Shown: positions 1 through 9,002 of the stretch, piece after piece
Numbering within the stretch: the stretch's first letter is position 1
How the letters are laid out: each line of letters begins with the position of its first letter
Assembly (NCBI GenBank): GCA_965223795.1
Contig: CBDCXL010000001.1
Coordinates: 96,001 to 160,000, forward strand
Direction: 5' to 3'
Source: Nitrospinales bacterium
Lineage (GTDB): Bacteria > Nitrospinota > Nitrospinia > Nitrospinales > VA-1
DNA: 64,000 bases
The notes under the pieces: model-generated
Told to the model about the DNA's origin: nothing
The model's database searches: none
Seen by the model: the letters and a program-made list of their open reading frames with translations, nothing else
Program-made: the position numbers and the translations under genes

Positions 1-81
1 GGCGGAGATGCTCTGATGGAGGTAAAAACCCCCAAACTCCTCCTTGTAATACTCCGGCAACTTTCCCTTGAATTTCTATTT

Positions 82-804
82 TTAGAGATAGTTGTTTTTA
101 AATAAAATTACCCTTTTCTCGAATTGAGTATTACCTTTTTTAAAAGCAGTTATAGAGGTGTCAGGTGGAATATTTAAATAAGGGGGAGAGATATCAAGCC
201 AATTATTCTTTAGTAGATTGTTATGGCTAAAAATATCCCCTAATTCTTTAGAGGTAATTTTTTTCACTTCTTTGTTTTCTAATTTCTTTGAAATTATACT
301 TCCACTAGGCAAACTATTCTTTGAGGTTTCAAAATCCCAATGACTCATGAAACTTTGAATTAGTTTCATCAGAATACCGCGTTCAACAAAATCCAACCCT
401 TTATTTTTATAAAATTCATGCCAATGCTCTACTAAAGTATCTCCATGAACTCCTAAATTTTCAGTTGTTTCCTGCTTAAGGGCATCTTTTTGTAAATTTG
501 AATAAAATGGAAAATAAGCATTAAGGTATGGAGAGAAAAAATCCTTGTTTATATTTCCTTGAATTAATTGTTTTTTATTTTCGTCAAAAAATAAAGAAAT
601 AATATATTCCTTTTGTTTTTCTTGTGTTTTTAAATATGGAAGTATTGCAATAAAAACTGGAATTAATCCAGCAACAACAATTCCAGTATTGGTTAAGGCA
701 TCTTGAGCTGCAGAATTTAACCACAACATGATGGCAGCAAAAATCGCAAGAACAGCATAAATAATTGCAAAAATTCTTATGAGATAGCTTGGTTCAAATA
801 TCAT
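82..804 (-). CDS. Hypothetical membrane protein (two N-terminal TM segments) in AT-rich DNA; may be frameshifted near its 3' end
   Basis: 240-aa ORF with hydrophobic N-terminus; visibly much more AT-rich than the rest of the window. Confidence 0.7.
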   Translation of the reverse strand: MIFEPSYLIRIFAIIYAVLAIFAAIMLWLNSAAQDALTNTGIVVAGLIPVFIAILPYLKTQEKQKEYIISLFFDENKKQLIQGNINKDFFSPYLNAYFPFYSNLQKDALKQETTENLGVHGDTLVEHWHEFYKNKGLDFVERGILMKLIQSFMSHWDFETSKNSLPSGSIISKKLENKEVKKITSKELGDIFSHNNLLKNNWLDISPPYLNIPPDTSITAFKKGNTQFEKRVILFKNNYL

Positions 805-883
805 TGTTATCTCCGATATTTCAAAATACTTTGTGGGAACCTTGCTTTTTGATTTATCCTGCCAAACTTGTTGAAAATCTTAT

Positions 884-963
884 CTTTGCGCCTTTGCGCC
901 TTTGCGCCTTTGCGGCTTTGCGGCTTTGCGTCTTGGCGTCTTGGCGTCTTGGCGGCTTTGCGC
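884..963. repeat. Tandem array of ten degenerate 8-bp units (CTT[T/G]GCG[C/G/T])
   Basis: ctttgcgc x3, ctttgcgg x2, ctttgcgt, cttggcgt x2, cttggcgg, ctttgcgc read directly. Confidence 0.9.
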
Positions 964-1002
964 GAGACCGCCTTTATCCTGTAATCCTGTCTGAATCTCT
1001 CT

Positions 1003-3837
1003 TTAGTTAGCGGAGATCTTGACGGTTTTGTAGATGAAGTTTTTGAAGCTGACGAATTTTTTCTTTTCGCCGGGGTCGGTGTGCAGTTCGGGGCCGCAGA
1101 CTCTCAGCCGCACGGCGAGGCCGGGCAGGTTGGTCTGGTAGCGGGACTTGGCGGTGTCGATGAGGGTCTTGACGGTGCCGCGGGTCAACTGGTTTTCGCG
1201 GAAGGGCTGGTGCACGCCGTTCCAGAAATCCACTTCGCCCGCTTCGAGCTGCTTGAGGATCGACTCCACCTGGCCTTCGGCGTTGACGGCGGCGGCCGGC
1301 ACGGCGGTTTCGGGCTGCGCCTCGCAGGCGGCGAGGATGTCGGCCTTCTTGATCTGCGGGCCTTTGCGGAACAGCATGGCGCGCAGCAGGATGTTTTTCA
1401 ACTCGCGCGCGTTGCCGCGGAAGGTGCGCGTCTTGAGGTACTGGATCGCCTCGGGTTCGAGCTGCGGCGGCGACTCCTTGACGGCGTCGTTTTTGTAGGT
1501 GTTGAACAGGATGCCGAGAAAATGCGTCGCCAGGTCCTCGATGTCCTCCAGCCGTTCGTTGAGCCGCGGGATGCGAAAGCTCAGCGCGTTGAGCCGGTGG
1601 TACAGGTCCTCGCGGAACCGGCCCTTGCGGATCTCTTCCCGCAGATCGCGGTTGGTGGCAGCGATGAGAAAGATTTTCGAGTAGCGCGGCTGGTTCTCCC
1701 CCAGCCGCATGAACACGCCGGTGTCGAGGAAGCGCAGAAGCTGCACCTGGGTCTTGGGATCGGCGTCGCCGATCTCGTCGAGAAAAACCACGCCCGTATT
1801 GGCTTCTTCCAGGATGCCCTGGCGGTTGAACTCCGCGCCCGTGTAGGCGCCTTTTTTGTGGCCGAACAGTTCGCTGTAGGTCAGCTCGCCGCTGTAGGCG
1901 GCGATGTTGGTTTTCCGCACGGGCAGTTTGTACTGCCGGCCGATCTCTTTCTGGAAAATTTCGGTGAGCCGGGAGTAGATGTTGTTGAAGAAAAATTCCT
2001 TGCCGGTGCCGGTCTCGCCGTAGAGCAGCAGGCAGGGCAGGCCGGGCGAGGCCTCGACCTTTTTGCCGTTGTTCCATTGCAGCATGCGGTTGCAGATCGA
2101 CTCCACCACGGTGTTGACCTGATCGACCAGGCTGTGGATCTTTTTGCTCTTGCCGATGACGTTGCCGAAGTAGTAGGAGGAGACCTTGGGATCGCGGTAC
2201 TCGATGTCGCGGCGGAGCTGGGTGATCTCCTGGCGCAGCTCCTCGATCTGCTTGAGGTTGTGAAATTTTTGCCCGATCAGGCTTGCTATGATCTGCAAGA
2301 TCCGCTTGTGCTCTTCGGTGAAGAAGTTCTTGCGGAAGCTGTCCTGGTTGATGACGCCGAGCACGTTGTTGCCGTGGATGATGGGCACCGCCAGTTCGGA
2401 GCGGATCGCCGGCGACAGGTTCTTGTAGCAGCCTTTGGTCTGGGTTTCGTCCTGCACGTCGTTGATCAGGATGGAACGGGCGGTGTGGGCGCAGCGTCCG
2501 GTCAGCGATCTCATGTCCTCGGGCAGCTCGCCGCCGCCGACGGGCAGGGGCGGGATGGTGCTTTTCATCCAGCCGCGCGATTTGGCGCCGATCTGCTTGC
2601 CGTCGCCGTCCTCGACCACGAGCCAGGGCTTGCCTTCGAGGATGCGCAGCACGGAGATGGTGCCGCTGTGCGCGCCGATCAGCTCGGAGGTCTTGTCGAG
2701 GATGCGGTTGAGAAAGTTCGCGAGCGAGGTGTCCTCGTTGGAGAGCAGCTCCTTGATCTCGCCCAGCACCTGGATTTCCACGCGCTCGGGGCTCTCTTCG
2801 CGGATCAGCTTTTCCACCATGGCGGCGTGATCCTTCAGCAGGTGGCGCTCGAACGGCGTGAAGTGGTACGGCTGGCTGGTGTAGTAATTGACGGCGCACA
2901 GAAACTTGCCGGTGGCCTGGTCGAATTTCAGAAACTGGTACAGGGAGACGAGGTCGATTTCGCGCGCCAGCTCCTTGCGGCAAAATTCCACCGCCATCAG
3001 CTCCTCGATGTAGATCGACTCTTTGGCGTCGGGAGTGGCCACCAGCCCCTGGCCGTGGTCGTAGCGCACCGAGCGGTCGAGGATGGTTTTCGTGGTGGCC
3101 AGGTTCAACTGGTCGTTGTTGTTGTAGGCCTGGCCGTGGCTCTTGTTCTGCGAAAACACGGCGAGTAGCTCGACGCGCTCGGTTTTCTCCTTGGGCTTGG
3201 TGATGAACTCGTGCGCCGGAGAGGGCACCCACACCGAGGCGAGGGCCAGGTTGTCGATGAGTTTGACGGCGGAGCGCATCAGCCTGCGCGCGGCTTCCTT
3301 CTTGCGGGCGAGATCGAGGTGTTTGGAGAAGGTCAACTGCTGGTGGAAGCGTTTCGCCCGTTCGAGCACGGGGCTGATTTTCGAGAGAAACGCGGTGATC
3401 TCCCAGATCTCCGTTTCGTTCAGGTATTCGCCGGCCTCGCCCCAGTCCAGGCTCAATGAGCCGAAGGGCCGCAGGTGGTGGGTGATGGGAAACGCGGCGG
3501 AGGCCTGGATGCCGGAGCGTTTTTCGAAGGGGCTGCGCGAATTGGCGAAGCCGCCCGGCAGGTTCCAGGAGAGTAGCACCTGGTTTTCGATGAAGGCGCG
3601 CGACATGATCGACGCCTTGGGCGAGATGAACTGGGTGAGCGGCCGTTCCTCCGCCTGGTTCTGGCCGGTCACGTACTGGCAGGTCAGCATGCCTTCGTAC
3701 AGGTCTTCCAGGTAGATCCGCACCATCTTGCAGGGGAAGCGTTTCTTCAGCCCGGTCGCCGTGTAGTGCAGGATGTCGGACAGGTTTTCCTTGCCGAACT
3801 GTTCCAGCTTGCGGTTGAGTTTGTTGAGATCGTTCAT
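1003..3837 (-). CDS. Sigma54-dependent enhancer-binding protein with multiple GAF domains
   Basis: Walker A GETGTGKE, ELFGHKKGAYTGA, FLDEIGD, QVQLLRFL, IAATNRDL, FREDLYHRL, GNARELKN; GAF signature RSELAVPII..VLGVINQDS..FTEEH; start taken at MNDLNK. Confidence 0.9.
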   Translation of the reverse strand: MNDLNKLNRKLEQFGKENLSDILHYTATGLKKRFPCKMVRIYLEDLYEGMLTCQYVTGQNQAEERPLTQFISPKASIMSRAFIENQVLLSWNLPGGFANSRSPFEKRSGIQASAAFPITHHLRPFGSLSLDWGEAGEYLNETEIWEITAFLSKISPVLERAKRFHQQLTFSKHLDLARKKEAARRLMRSAVKLIDNLALASVWVPSPAHEFITKPKEKTERVELLAVFSQNKSHGQAYNNNDQLNLATTKTILDRSVRYDHGQGLVATPDAKESIYIEELMAVEFCRKELAREIDLVSLYQFLKFDQATGKFLCAVNYYTSQPYHFTPFERHLLKDHAAMVEKLIREESPERVEIQVLGEIKELLSNEDTSLANFLNRILDKTSELIGAHSGTISVLRILEGKPWLVVEDGDGKQIGAKSRGWMKSTIPPLPVGGGELPEDMRSLTGRCAHTARSILINDVQDETQTKGCYKNLSPAIRSELAVPIIHGNNVLGVINQDSFRKNFFTEEHKRILQIIASLIGQKFHNLKQIEELRQEITQLRRDIEYRDPKVSSYYFGNVIGKSKKIHSLVDQVNTVVESICNRMLQWNNGKKVEASPGLPCLLLYGETGTGKEFFFNNIYSRLTEIFQKEIGRQYKLPVRKTNIAAYSGELTYSELFGHKKGAYTGAEFNRQGILEEANTGVVFLDEIGDADPKTQVQLLRFLDTGVFMRLGENQPRYSKIFLIAATNRDLREEIRKGRFREDLYHRLNALSFRIPRLNERLEDIEDLATHFLGILFNTYKNDAVKESPPQLEPEAIQYLKTRTFRGNARELKNILLRAMLFRKGPQIKKADILAACEAQPETAVPAAAVNAEGQVESILKQLEAGEVDFWNGVHQPFRENQLTRGTVKTLIDTAKSRYQTNLPGLAVRLRVCGPELHTDPGEKKKFVSFKNFIYKTVKISAN

Positions 3838-4046
3838 CGCGCGCTCTGGGTAAAAGAAGTAAATATTGAGTATATTATTAACACACTGAGAGCGCGGGAT
3901 GGCGGCAAATTTCAGGGATTTTGGCACTCCGAAACCGGCAAAAATCTCCCGCGGGCGGCAGGGCAGGGGGCAATAATTTCCGAAAACTCGACGAAGGAAA
4001 AACCGAAGCGTCGAGGCTCGTTTTTTCGATCTATTTTTACCTTTAT

Positions 4047-4059
4047 AATCAATGATTTA
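4047..4059 (+). promoter_or_regulatory. Putative IHF binding site
   Basis: AATCAA-TGAT-TTA matches WATCAANNNNTTR, just upstream of a sigma54 promoter. Confidence 0.6.
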
Positions 4060-4093
4060 TATAAGCATGAATTTCCGGTGATTGGGCGGCGGT

Positions 4094-4109
4094 TGGCATG
4101 CGCCTTGCT
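4094..4109 (+). promoter_or_regulatory. Sigma54 (-24/-12) promoter of flgB
   Basis: TGGCATG-CGCC-TTGCT with exact GG-N10-GC spacing, 30 nt before the flgB ATG. Confidence 0.8.
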
Positions 4110-4138
4110 CTTATCATTGGAATCACTGGGAGGCCCCG

Positions 4139-4564
4139 ATGCTGATCGACAAACTGCTGTTTTCCGATGAAGTGCCGATGATCATGAAGCGGAATCTGGA
4201 TTTCCAGTCCGCCCGGCACACGCTCATCTCCAACAACATCAGCCAGATGGACACGCCCGGCTACAAGGCGCACGACATCGATTTCAAAAAGCAGCTGCGC
4301 GACGCGATCGGGACCGGTTCCAGCCTGAACCTCAGGACCACGCATGAAAAGCATCTCGGTCCCTCTAAGGCGGCGCTGAAGGCGCTGGCGGCGATCCCCT
4401 TCGAAGTGGGCGGAGCGTCGAAGTCGAACGGCAACAACGTCAACATCGACCAGGAAATGGCGAAGCTGGCGGAAAACCAGATCGCCTACAACGCCGTCAC
4501 CCAGATGATGATGAAACGGGGTTCGACGATCAAGAGCGCGGTGACCGAACTGCCGCAACAGTAA
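4139..4564 (+). CDS. flgB: Flagellar basal-body rod protein FlgB
   Basis: RHTLISNNISQMDTPGYKAHDIDF and NGNNVNIDQEMAKLAENQIAYN motifs. Confidence 0.93.
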   Translation: MLIDKLLFSDEVPMIMKRNLDFQSARHTLISNNISQMDTPGYKAHDIDFKKQLRDAIGTGSSLNLRTTHEKHLGPSKAALKALAAIPFEVGGASKSNGNNVNIDQEMAKLAENQIAYNAVTQMMMKRGSTIKSAVTELPQQ

Positions 4565-4667
4565 GGGTTTTCCGGGGAGGACCCGGTTTCGGCGGGGGGA
4601 ACGGGGGATTGACAAACCCCGCGCAAGGTGATAATTTCATTAAGATACTATTTTTCCAGGCTTTTTC

Positions 4668-4985
4668 GTGAACGACATCACCGTACAGAGCAACCTCAGA
4701 GCACTCCAGGGCCCGCAGGCCCCCGGCAAGATCGTGCTCAAGCAGGACGCGCAGCAGGCCGGAGCGCCGGATTTCGCCGAAACGCTGACGCAGTCTCTGG
4801 AGAAGGTGAACACCCTGCAGAAAGAGGCGGACGCGGCGATCAAGGATTTTGTCTCCGGGGAGACCCGCAACATCCATGAAACGATGATCGCCGTGAACAA
4901 GGCCGACCTCGCGTTTCGCCTGACCATGCAGGTGCGCAACAAGATCGTCGAAGCTTACCAGGAGGTGCTGCGCACGCAGTTGTGA
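4668..4985 (+). CDS. fliE: Flagellar hook-basal body protein FliE
   Basis: FAETL..VNTLQKEAD..NIHETMIAVNKADLAFRLTMQVRNKIVEAYQEV. Confidence 0.93.
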   Translation: MNDITVQSNLRALQGPQAPGKIVLKQDAQQAGAPDFAETLTQSLEKVNTLQKEADAAIKDFVSGETRNIHETMIAVNKADLAFRLTMQVRNKIVEAYQEVLRTQL

Positions 4986-5015
4986 CGTCGCCTGGATTTT
5001 GCCTTCGCTTTGGAC

Positions 5016-5047
5016 GCCTCTGGAATCGATTCCAGGGGCTTTTTTTA
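5016..5047 (+). terminator. Rho-independent terminator after fliE
   Basis: gcctctggaat-cg-attccaggggc hairpin followed by a T run. Confidence 0.7.
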
Positions 5048-5060
5048 TGCCTCCTTGGCG

Positions 5061-5089
5061 TTGACAAGGCAAAGGATTTGGCGGATAGT
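5061..5089 (+). promoter_or_regulatory. Putative sigma70 promoter upstream of the SmbP-like gene
   Basis: TTGACA-N17-GATAGT. Confidence 0.45.
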
Positions 5090-5254
5090 GATTTGTATTG
5101 ATTCCGCAAGCGGCGACAGCCGTATATAAAAGAGAGTTGTCGCATTCGCACCTCATTTTTGGGGTGGACAATTGCGGAGTCCCGCCTCAACAGCGCGAGG
5201 TGTTTGTAGGATCGATGAACCCTTTTAACGGATCTCTTTCATAGGATGGGTGTT

Positions 5255-5650
5255 ATGAAACGGTGGATCGGTTTTGCTCTTGTGATCGGAATCGCGTGCG
5301 GTTTCACGGCCGGTTCCGCAGACCGCGCCTGGGCCCAGGCGGGCGGACACGCCAGCGTCGGGCTGGGGCATGGTGAGGAAGGCTATCTGCATCTGCAGGA
5401 GATGGTCAAGCACCTGGAATTCAGCCTCAAGATGCCGGATGCCAATCAGGAACTGAAAATGCACGGCGGTCAGGCCCTGCAGCACGCCAAAGAAGCGATG
5501 AAGCATTACGACGAAGCGCTGAAACACGCTTCCGAATCACTGGGACGGCGGGCCCGCGGTTCCGGTATGGAAGGGTCGCATCAGGAGGAAGGTTCCGGCG
5601 GCCATTCGCATGAAGGTTCACGCGCTCCCAGGAGCGAAGGCTCGCACTGA
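5255..5650 (+). CDS. Secreted His-rich small metal-binding protein (SmbP-like)
   Basis: Signal peptide ending AWA; helical His repeats GHGEEG..HLQEMVKHLE..QHAKEAMKHYDEALKH resembling Nitrosomonas SmbP. Confidence 0.65.
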   Translation: MKRWIGFALVIGIACGFTAGSADRAWAQAGGHASVGLGHGEEGYLHLQEMVKHLEFSLKMPDANQELKMHGGQALQHAKEAMKHYDEALKHASESLGRRARGSGMEGSHQEEGSGGHSHEGSRAPRSEGSH

Positions 5651-5659
5651 TTTCCGGTT

Positions 5660-5968
5660 TCAGATTTTGACGCAGACGTCGTTGCCGCGGATTTCGACCG
5701 GGAACACGCGCGTGTTGAACTCGGGGCTGACGTTGCATGCACCCGTATTCAGATCGAAACGGTAGCCGTGATTGGGGCATTTGATGCCCGTGCCGTCCAG
5801 CGTGCCGCGCAGCAGCGGGGCGGTTTTCTTGTGCGGGCAGGTGTCGCGGATCGCGTAAAAACGCTCGTCGATGTTGAAGATCGTGATCCGCTCTTCGCCG
5901 ACTTGCACGCGTTTTCTCTCGCCCGGCGGGATGTCGGCGGTCTTCGCCACGGCCACGAAATCCTGCAT
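5660..5968 (-). CDS. Rieske-type [2Fe-2S] ferredoxin
   Basis: CPH...CPNHGYRFDLNTG motifs, ~100 aa, start at MQDFVAVAK. Confidence 0.88.
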   Translation of the reverse strand: MQDFVAVAKTADIPPGERKRVQVGEERITIFNIDERFYAIRDTCPHKKTAPLLRGTLDGTGIKCPNHGYRFDLNTGACNVSPEFNTRVFPVEIRGNDVCVKI

Positions 5969-6035
5969 CAGCGACGCTCCCCTAAAGCATGGTCTGAGAT
6001 CGGCACCCAGGCCGCCGCATGAAAACCGGCGCGCA

Positions 6036-6977
6036 TCAGGAGGGTTCCGCCGGAAGATCCGGATTGTGGCTCCAGTCCCACCAGGAGCCGTCGTAATTGC
6101 GCACCGGAATCCCCAGACTGCGCAGCGCGAAATAAGCCATGCCCGAGCGCACGCCTCCCGTGCAGTAGACCACGACCTCTTCTTTACCTTCGATGCCGTT
6201 TTCCTTGAGCACCGCGCGCAGCTGCGCCTCATCCTTGAGATCGCCGTCCTGGAAAAACAGCTCCCAGGGCAGGTGCCGGGCGCCGGGAATGTGGCCGCCC
6301 CGCTTCGAACCGTAAGGTGTGGCGCCGTCGAATTCCTTGCGGGTGCGGGTGTCCAGCAGGCCGAGCTTCTCATCCTTGAGGCGGGACCGGATCCAGGCGC
6401 TGTCCGCCGCGACGTCGGGATTCAGCTGGATGTCCTCCGCTTTGAGGTTTCCGGGGGCAGGCGGCACGCCGCGGCCGAAATCCGTATCGTGGCCGGCTTT
6501 CTGCCAGGCGCTCAGACCTCCATTCAGCACAGCGACCGACTTGAACCCGAACCGCTCGAACATCCAGAAGAACCTGCCGTCGGTGCGCCAGCGGTCCGAG
6601 GGATCGCCGTAAATGACGATGTTTTTTCCCTTTTCGATTCCCAGGGCGGCGAGTTTTTCGGCGATGAACGGCTTGTCGTCGATCAGCAGGCCGGGAACGC
6701 CGTCCTTCTTGCGGGTGAAATCGCGCCATTCCGAAACATTGACCGCACCGGGAATGTGGCCCAGGAGGAATTTCCAGCGGGCGCGGGTGTCCAGAATCAC
6801 CGTTTCCTGCGGCGGCAACTGCTTCAGCTCCTCCACGGAAACGGTCACCGAAAGGCCGGTTTTTTCCGCTCCCGAAACAGAGGAAACTCCAATGGAAATA
6901 AGGAGTATCGCGAGCAGTGCCGGACCCCTGATTTTCCTTGACAAAATACCGCTCAGGTTAGTAAGATCAATGCTCAT
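6036..6977 (-). CDS. Tandem-domain rhodanese/sulfurtransferase with putative signal peptide
   Basis: GHIPGA twice, LLDTR, VYCTGGVRS active-site loop, YDGSWWDW. Confidence 0.9.
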   Translation of the reverse strand: MSIDLTNLSGILSRKIRGPALLAILLISIGVSSVSGAEKTGLSVTVSVEELKQLPPQETVILDTRARWKFLLGHIPGAVNVSEWRDFTRKKDGVPGLLIDDKPFIAEKLAALGIEKGKNIVIYGDPSDRWRTDGRFFWMFERFGFKSVAVLNGGLSAWQKAGHDTDFGRGVPPAPGNLKAEDIQLNPDVAADSAWIRSRLKDEKLGLLDTRTRKEFDGATPYGSKRGGHIPGARHLPWELFFQDGDLKDEAQLRAVLKENGIEGKEEVVVYCTGGVRSGMAYFALRSLGIPVRNYDGSWWDWSHNPDLPAEPS

Positions 6978-7366
6978 TTTTCACTTCGTTGCCTTTCAAG
7001 CAAAAGTAAATATATAAAAAACCGAAATTTACTTCCATCCGCATTCTTGCAGCAGGTCGAGGGAATTCCCAGGACGTCCTCTTGGTCTAAACGGCCCGAA
7101 AACAGGGGCTGTTCCCACCCTCCGAAGCCCGAATCGGAAATCTGTAACAAAAAGGTTTTTTATTTAATTTTCTATGCTGAGCGTTTCCGGTGTTTGTATT
7201 AATATCGCTCACTATTATAGATGACTTCACAGAATTTTGGTCTCAAGAAATTCCGTGTTGTATCGGTTTGAAAACGCCGAGGCGAATCTGACATACCGCA
7301 TCCGGGCCTTGCCTACTGGAAGCGGGAAAAAAGCAACCCTGAAACTCTGGTCCAGTTGGAGGAGTC

Positions 7367-8533
7367 ATGACGACGAGCGATAAAGAGAACGAAAACGGGT
7401 CCACCAAAGACAAGAAAAAGGCAAAGGCGGACCGGCTCGAAGAGATCAAACGGGAAGAGAAAGAAGACGCCAGCTCCTACTACGCCCAGGGAAAGGAAGA
7501 AGCCCCGAACATGGAAGAAGAATTCGCGAAGCCGGTGCCCGATGTGGACAAGGCAAGGGAAGAAATGAATCTGTTGAAAGCCGTGGCCTTTCTGGGGCTG
7601 GGGCTGGCGGCGCTCGCCATCATATTCATCCTGTTTTTCATCCGCGATCTCGATCAGCGGGTGGGCGGCATGGACTCCACCGTCAACAAGCTGGAAGAAT
7701 CGGTCGGGCCGTTGAAGTCGGAAGTGGAAGCCAGCCTCTCCAAAGTGGAAGCCGATCTGCAGAAACGGATGGGACAGGTGGAAGCGTCGGTCGAATCGGT
7801 CAACACCAAGATGTCGGGGCTACAGAGCCAGTTGGGCGACTTCGAGCGCGAGATGGCCGTCAAGGAACTCAAGCGGGCGCTGGTCACGGTTCGGGAGATG
7901 TCCGCGGTTTCGGGCGGCGGCGTTCAGGGCCGCACCAAGGATGTGGTCGCCAGCATCGAGTCTTTGCTTTCCGAACTGGGCGGCAGCGACGCGAAGGCGG
8001 GAGGCGGCTCGGGTTCGCCCGCCGGTGTGGTGAAAGTGGAAGAAGCGCCCGAAGCGGCCGCTCCGGCAGCAGCGGAAGAAGCGGCTCCGGCGGAAGAGCC
8101 GGTTGAGGAAGCGATGGAAGAAGACGCCGCCGAAGAGGAAGGTGAAGAAGAAGCGGCCACTGAGGAAGAAGCGGGCGAGGAAGACGCTGAAGAGGCCGAG
8201 GAAGCTGCTGAGGATTCCGAAGAGGCCGGGGAAGAAGAAGCGGCCGAATCTGAGGACGCTGAAGAGGAAGGCGAAGACGGCGCTGAAGAATCCGCCGAGA
8301 CCGAGGAAGAAGAAGGCGGTGAAGATGAGGATGCCGCCGAAGCGGAAGACGCTGAAGAAGAAGGCGGCGAGGAAGACAAATCCGCGGATGCGGGCGAGGG
8401 TGACGCGGATGAAACCGCCGAAGCCGATATCTCCGATGAAGAGATCGCCACCGGCGGCGCTGGCAACGAGCAGACCGCCTCTGCGGACACCGAGGAACTT
8501 CCTTCTGTGGAAGAAATGCTGAGTGACCAGTAA
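7367..8533 (+). CDS. Membrane-anchored coiled-coil protein with a very long Glu/Ala-rich acidic tail
   Basis: GGAGGAG RBS; one TM helix, heptad region, low-complexity acidic C-terminus. Confidence 0.8.
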   Translation: MTTSDKENENGSTKDKKKAKADRLEEIKREEKEDASSYYAQGKEEAPNMEEEFAKPVPDVDKAREEMNLLKAVAFLGLGLAALAIIFILFFIRDLDQRVGGMDSTVNKLEESVGPLKSEVEASLSKVEADLQKRMGQVEASVESVNTKMSGLQSQLGDFEREMAVKELKRALVTVREMSAVSGGGVQGRTKDVVASIESLLSELGGSDAKAGGGSGSPAGVVKVEEAPEAAAPAAAEEAAPAEEPVEEAMEEDAAEEEGEEEAATEEEAGEEDAEEAEEAAEDSEEAGEEEAAESEDAEEEGEDGAEESAETEEEEGGEDEDAAEAEDAEEEGGEEDKSADAGEGDADETAEADISDEEIATGGAGNEQTASADTEELPSVEEMLSDQ

Positions 8534-8584
8534 TTCATGAGCGTTCAGCGATTGTCAATCCATCATTTTTTGTGAAGAGAAGGC

Positions 8585-8908
8585 ATGTCGGCTATTAAAT
8601 TCATCATCTCCATTCTGTTTCTGATCCTGGTGGCGTTCTTTTCCGTGAAGAACATGCATTCGGTTGAAATCATGTATTACAATTTCAATTTCGAGCCGCA
8701 GACCATCAATATCCCTCTCATGATCGCGGTGCTGGTTCCATTTGTCGCGGGCTTTCTGTTTGCCTGGTTTTTCGGTTTTCTGCAGACCGTCGGGCTGAAA
8801 ACCCGTGTGGCAAAGAAAAACCGCGAGATCAACACGCTGAGCGCCGAGCTGGACCGGTTGAAAACCCACACGCCGTCAGACCAGGCATTGCACGCGGTCC
8901 GCGACTGA
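8585..8908 (+). CDS. LapA-family (lipopolysaccharide assembly protein A) membrane protein
   Basis: Two TM helices, FSVKN..V.I motif, basic coiled-coil tail. Confidence 0.7.
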   Translation: MSAIKFIISILFLILVAFFSVKNMHSVEIMYYNFNFEPQTINIPLMIAVLVPFVAGFLFAWFFGFLQTVGLKTRVAKKNREINTLSAELDRLKTHTPSDQALHAVRD

Positions 8909-9002
8909 TCGTTCTGCTTTAAAGCAAACGCGAGGGGAGGAGCCCTGTTTTTCCTCCCTTTCCTTTTTCGTTGATTTTTAATTCTTTTGTCAGGCCCTGG
9001 TG

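Noticed and set aside
789..1010. 73-aa ORF containing APLRLCAFAALRLCV
   Set aside because: It is a translation of the 8-bp repeat array, so probably spurious
1007..3232. Long alternative-frame and antisense ORFs (741 aa and 695 aa here; likewise 13577-15616, 20463-22349, 33407-36181, 7924-8538)
   Set aside because: Shadow ORFs caused by high-GC3 codon bias over well-supported genes; no recognisable motifs
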